Positions 61,489 through 64,000 of a DNA stretch of 64,000 nucleotides are shown in pieces. The stretch is taken from the NCBI GenBank assembly GCA_036785375.1, contig JAWMAR010000150.1, positions 3,534,001 to 3,598,000 of the forward strand. Direction: 5' to 3'. Positions within the stretch are counted from its first letter, which is position 1. Each line of letters starts with the position of its first letter. Below the pieces are notes generated by a model. That model worked only from the letters and a program-made list of their open reading frames with translations. It searched no databases and was not told where the DNA came from. Source of the stretch: Leucoraja ocellata (taxonomy: Eukaryota). Made by a program: the position numbers and the translations under genes.

Positions 61489-63552
61489 TAGAGCCAGGAT
61501 GTTTAGGCACTAAAAAAACTGAAATATGCAGGCCAAAATGCATAATATAATTACAAAAAAGGCATGGTTAAGGCACTTATTCACAAAAAAAGGATTAAAG
61601 GGGCATGTATTTCCATCACCAAAATATGGTTAAAAATGATAATAAAAGTATACTACTTTAAATGACCAAAGTTGCCTGGTTGCACATAATTACTAGCATT
61701 TTTTTCAAATTATCTGGTGTTAAACTATGCCATCTGTCAGACAGAATATGCTTCAGTTGTGGAAAACGTCTTTCTACCTCAGCTGAGGTCACTGGTGCAT
61801 ACCCAAAAACAAGCTACAGACTCTATATTCATGTCGATATATTGTGCATTACAACTACCTTTGAGAACTTTAGCTAAGTTTTGGATTTCTTCAAGATCTT
61901 TGTTAGCTAAAATCACTCTCACGTTTTCCTTGTATGTCTTTACCTACATCTCCAGGAATTTTACGAATACCGTCTTTTACTTTGTTGAAAACCTGCAAAT
62001 GATTCACTAATATTTCGCCACGTTTTTCAAGGGAAGTGATAGCTTGTGGGAAGTTTGCAAAATTGGAAGCAATAAACACAAGATCGTGGTAGAGGGACTT
62101 TTTCTGCATGATTTCACCGACAATCCTGACTGCAGCAGATTCTTCTTCTTCAAAACAGTTGACGATTTATTTTATCTTTTCAAAATTTGCAGCATAGTAG
62201 AGTACAGCAGAGAGCCATGTACCCCACCTTGTCAAAACGGGATGAGGAGGTAGTGGAATCTCGGGTGCCATTTCCTTGAACAAGTGCACACGTGACGGTG
62301 CTTTGAGGAAGGTTTTCTTCACATTGGAAACTAGGCGATCGACATTTGGAAACAAGCTACGTATGTGCTTGGCAATTCTATGAAGTCCTTGAGTTAAGCA
62401 TGTCATATGCAACATTTTGGGGAATAAAACCTCAAGAGCACGAGCAGCTTTTTTCATGTACGGAGCTGCATCAGTCACAAACAGAAGAACATTCTCGTGT
62501 TTTATACCTTCTGGCCAAAGTACAGCAAGTGAAGATGTAACAACTGAGCAATAGTTGAGCTCTTTGACTTCTCCAATAATTCCGATGTCAACAAATACTC
62601 CATTGATGGTTGATCTGCCTCCAGTGTAGCGATGACCACATTAGCAACATATCTCCCCACAGCATCGGTTGCCTCGTTTATTGAGATCCATATTTGTTTG
62701 CATGCAACTTCATCTCTAACTTTCTGCATACAATGCTGAAGTTGCTGTCAACATAATTTTTCCGTAATGATGACTTGCTTGGTATATATTCCTCTGCGTA
62801 TTTCTCTAAAAAATCTCGGAGTGATTTGTTTTCTAATTTCCAGTTGAATTCCAGCATCAATGAATGCCTTGCACAGATCACTCGAAAATTCAGATTTGCG
62901 ACTAGAGCCAGCAGTAAATGTAGTGAGCAGAGAGCTTGGATATTTCGCTTGGATAGTCTACACCCCAGCGGTATCAACATTAACTTCTCTAATTTTAGAT
63001 AGTCCTTGTCTTCTCCCTCCTACTCACCCCCTTCCAAGCTCTCCTAGTCCTACTGTCTCCATCTCTTCCTTTCTTTTTACCCGCACCCCATCCACATCAG
63101 TCTGAAGAAGGGTCTCGACCTGAAACCTCACATGTTCCTTCTCTCCAGAGATGCTGCCTCACCCGCTGAGTTTCTCCAACATTTTTTGTCTACTTTCGAT
63201 TTTTCCAGCATCTGCAGTTCTTTCGTAAATAGATCTTGGAGAAGACTGAACCAGCGGGCAGCGGCATGAACGAATGAACGAACGACGGTGGCACCCCCGG
63301 TTTCGCCCAGGTGGTGGAAATATTCTTGTAAGTTGCACTATGTTAACACGTTAATAATAAACATTAATATTAATGTGTTAACATAGAAAACATCATTGTG
63401 ATCACGGTACAACTAAAGAAAATTGTACAACCTTTTAGCAAAACGGCAAAAAAAGGCTGATTTAGGCATGATCGTGAAAAAGGCATTATTCTGGTGCAAT
63501 CATCAAAAAAGGCATGAAATGGCACATGAAATTTATGGCAAAATCCTGGCTA
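61489..63552 (-). mobile_element. hAT DNA transposon with decayed transposase (CGGBP1-like/DUF659 type), containing a Penelope fragment at about 62930-63230
   Basis: TIRs TAGAGCCAGGAT and ATCCTGGCTA; TSD TTAATCCC at 61481-61488 and 63553-63560; peptides IWISINEATD..GRYVANV, TDAAPYM, HMTCLTQGLH, TRWGTW; subterminal AAAAAGGCAT repeats. Confidence 0.88.
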
Positions 63553-63762
63553 TTAATCCCCGAGGAAATTATGCCAAAATTGGTTTGTTTGACTATGGGC
63601 TATCTCCTAAACCAACAGCGCTCTCTACGAGATAGTAATGCAAACTTAAAAAATTGAACAAAAATGCACCCATCAGTTGAAAAGTGAACATGACAACTTT
63701 CAATAATAATTTTTTATTTGCATGTATCAATCAAGAAATTTGTTCAAATTAAAGCTACATAC

Positions 63763-63829
63763 CTTCTTTTCCTTTAGGTAGTATCCTATGGCAAAATTTC
63801 TGTCTCCCGTTTCTCTTTCCGACTGAAAC
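63763..63829 (-). CDS. GLS: Glutaminase exon equivalent to human exon 10 ([22 protein letters not shown])
   Basis: 67 bp with AG/GT flanks (tttttag|GTTTCAG ... AAGAAG|gtatgt). The peptide matches the vertebrate glutaminase catalytic domain. Confidence 0.97.
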
Positions 63830-63860
63830 CTAAAAAGTAAAATTAAGACTAAAAGCTCAA

Positions 63861-64000
63861 GGTGAAACCAAAATGTGTAAAAATGGCCTTTATTAAAATC
63901 TGACAATGTGCACTTTAACCGCCTATGATTTTTTCTGTTACAAATCCAAATTGTAGAGTACAGAGGCAATTAAATAAATGATGGGTCTTTGTCCCAAACA
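63861..64000 (+). mobile_element. Tc1 terminal-repeat fragment (same family as 49535-49689)
   Basis: Aligns by eye with the right TIR of the 46925-49689 element. Confidence 0.85.

Noticed and set aside
24222-63829. Assignment of the gene as GLS2 because of the SMV terminus
   Set aside because: The GAC exon and residues such as VKSVINLLFAAYTG and HFGHHD are GLS-type.

Overview
Vertebrate genomic DNA, probably from a cartilaginous fish (inferred from its V-SINE, Penelope, CR1 and Rex1 repeat content). The minus strand from about 21.8 to 64 kb carries the 3' half of kidney-type glutaminase (GLS): ten coding exons equivalent to human exons 10-19, all GT-AG. These include the GAC-specific alternative last exon (44078-44227) and the ankyrin-encoding KGA exons, which end in an unexpected GLS2-like tail (KENIDSMV). 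The rest is densely nested transposable elements. The most striking object is a 4.8-kb non-autonomous Gypsy-type LTR element (14941-19735) with LTRs, 5-bp TSD, tRNA-Ser PBS and PPT but no pol. Its Gag N-terminus runs in one frame through a 7-aa repeat linker into about 11 ASPM-type IQ (calmodulin-binding) repeats, suggesting capture of a host exon. Other oddities are an orphan TDP2-like first exon in GLS intron 14, a Rex1/Babar LINE with an in-frame 27-bp minisatellite, Penelope ends with hammerhead-like cores, and several DNA transposons with 7-8 bp TSDs. Family names come from motif recognition and recall, not database searches.
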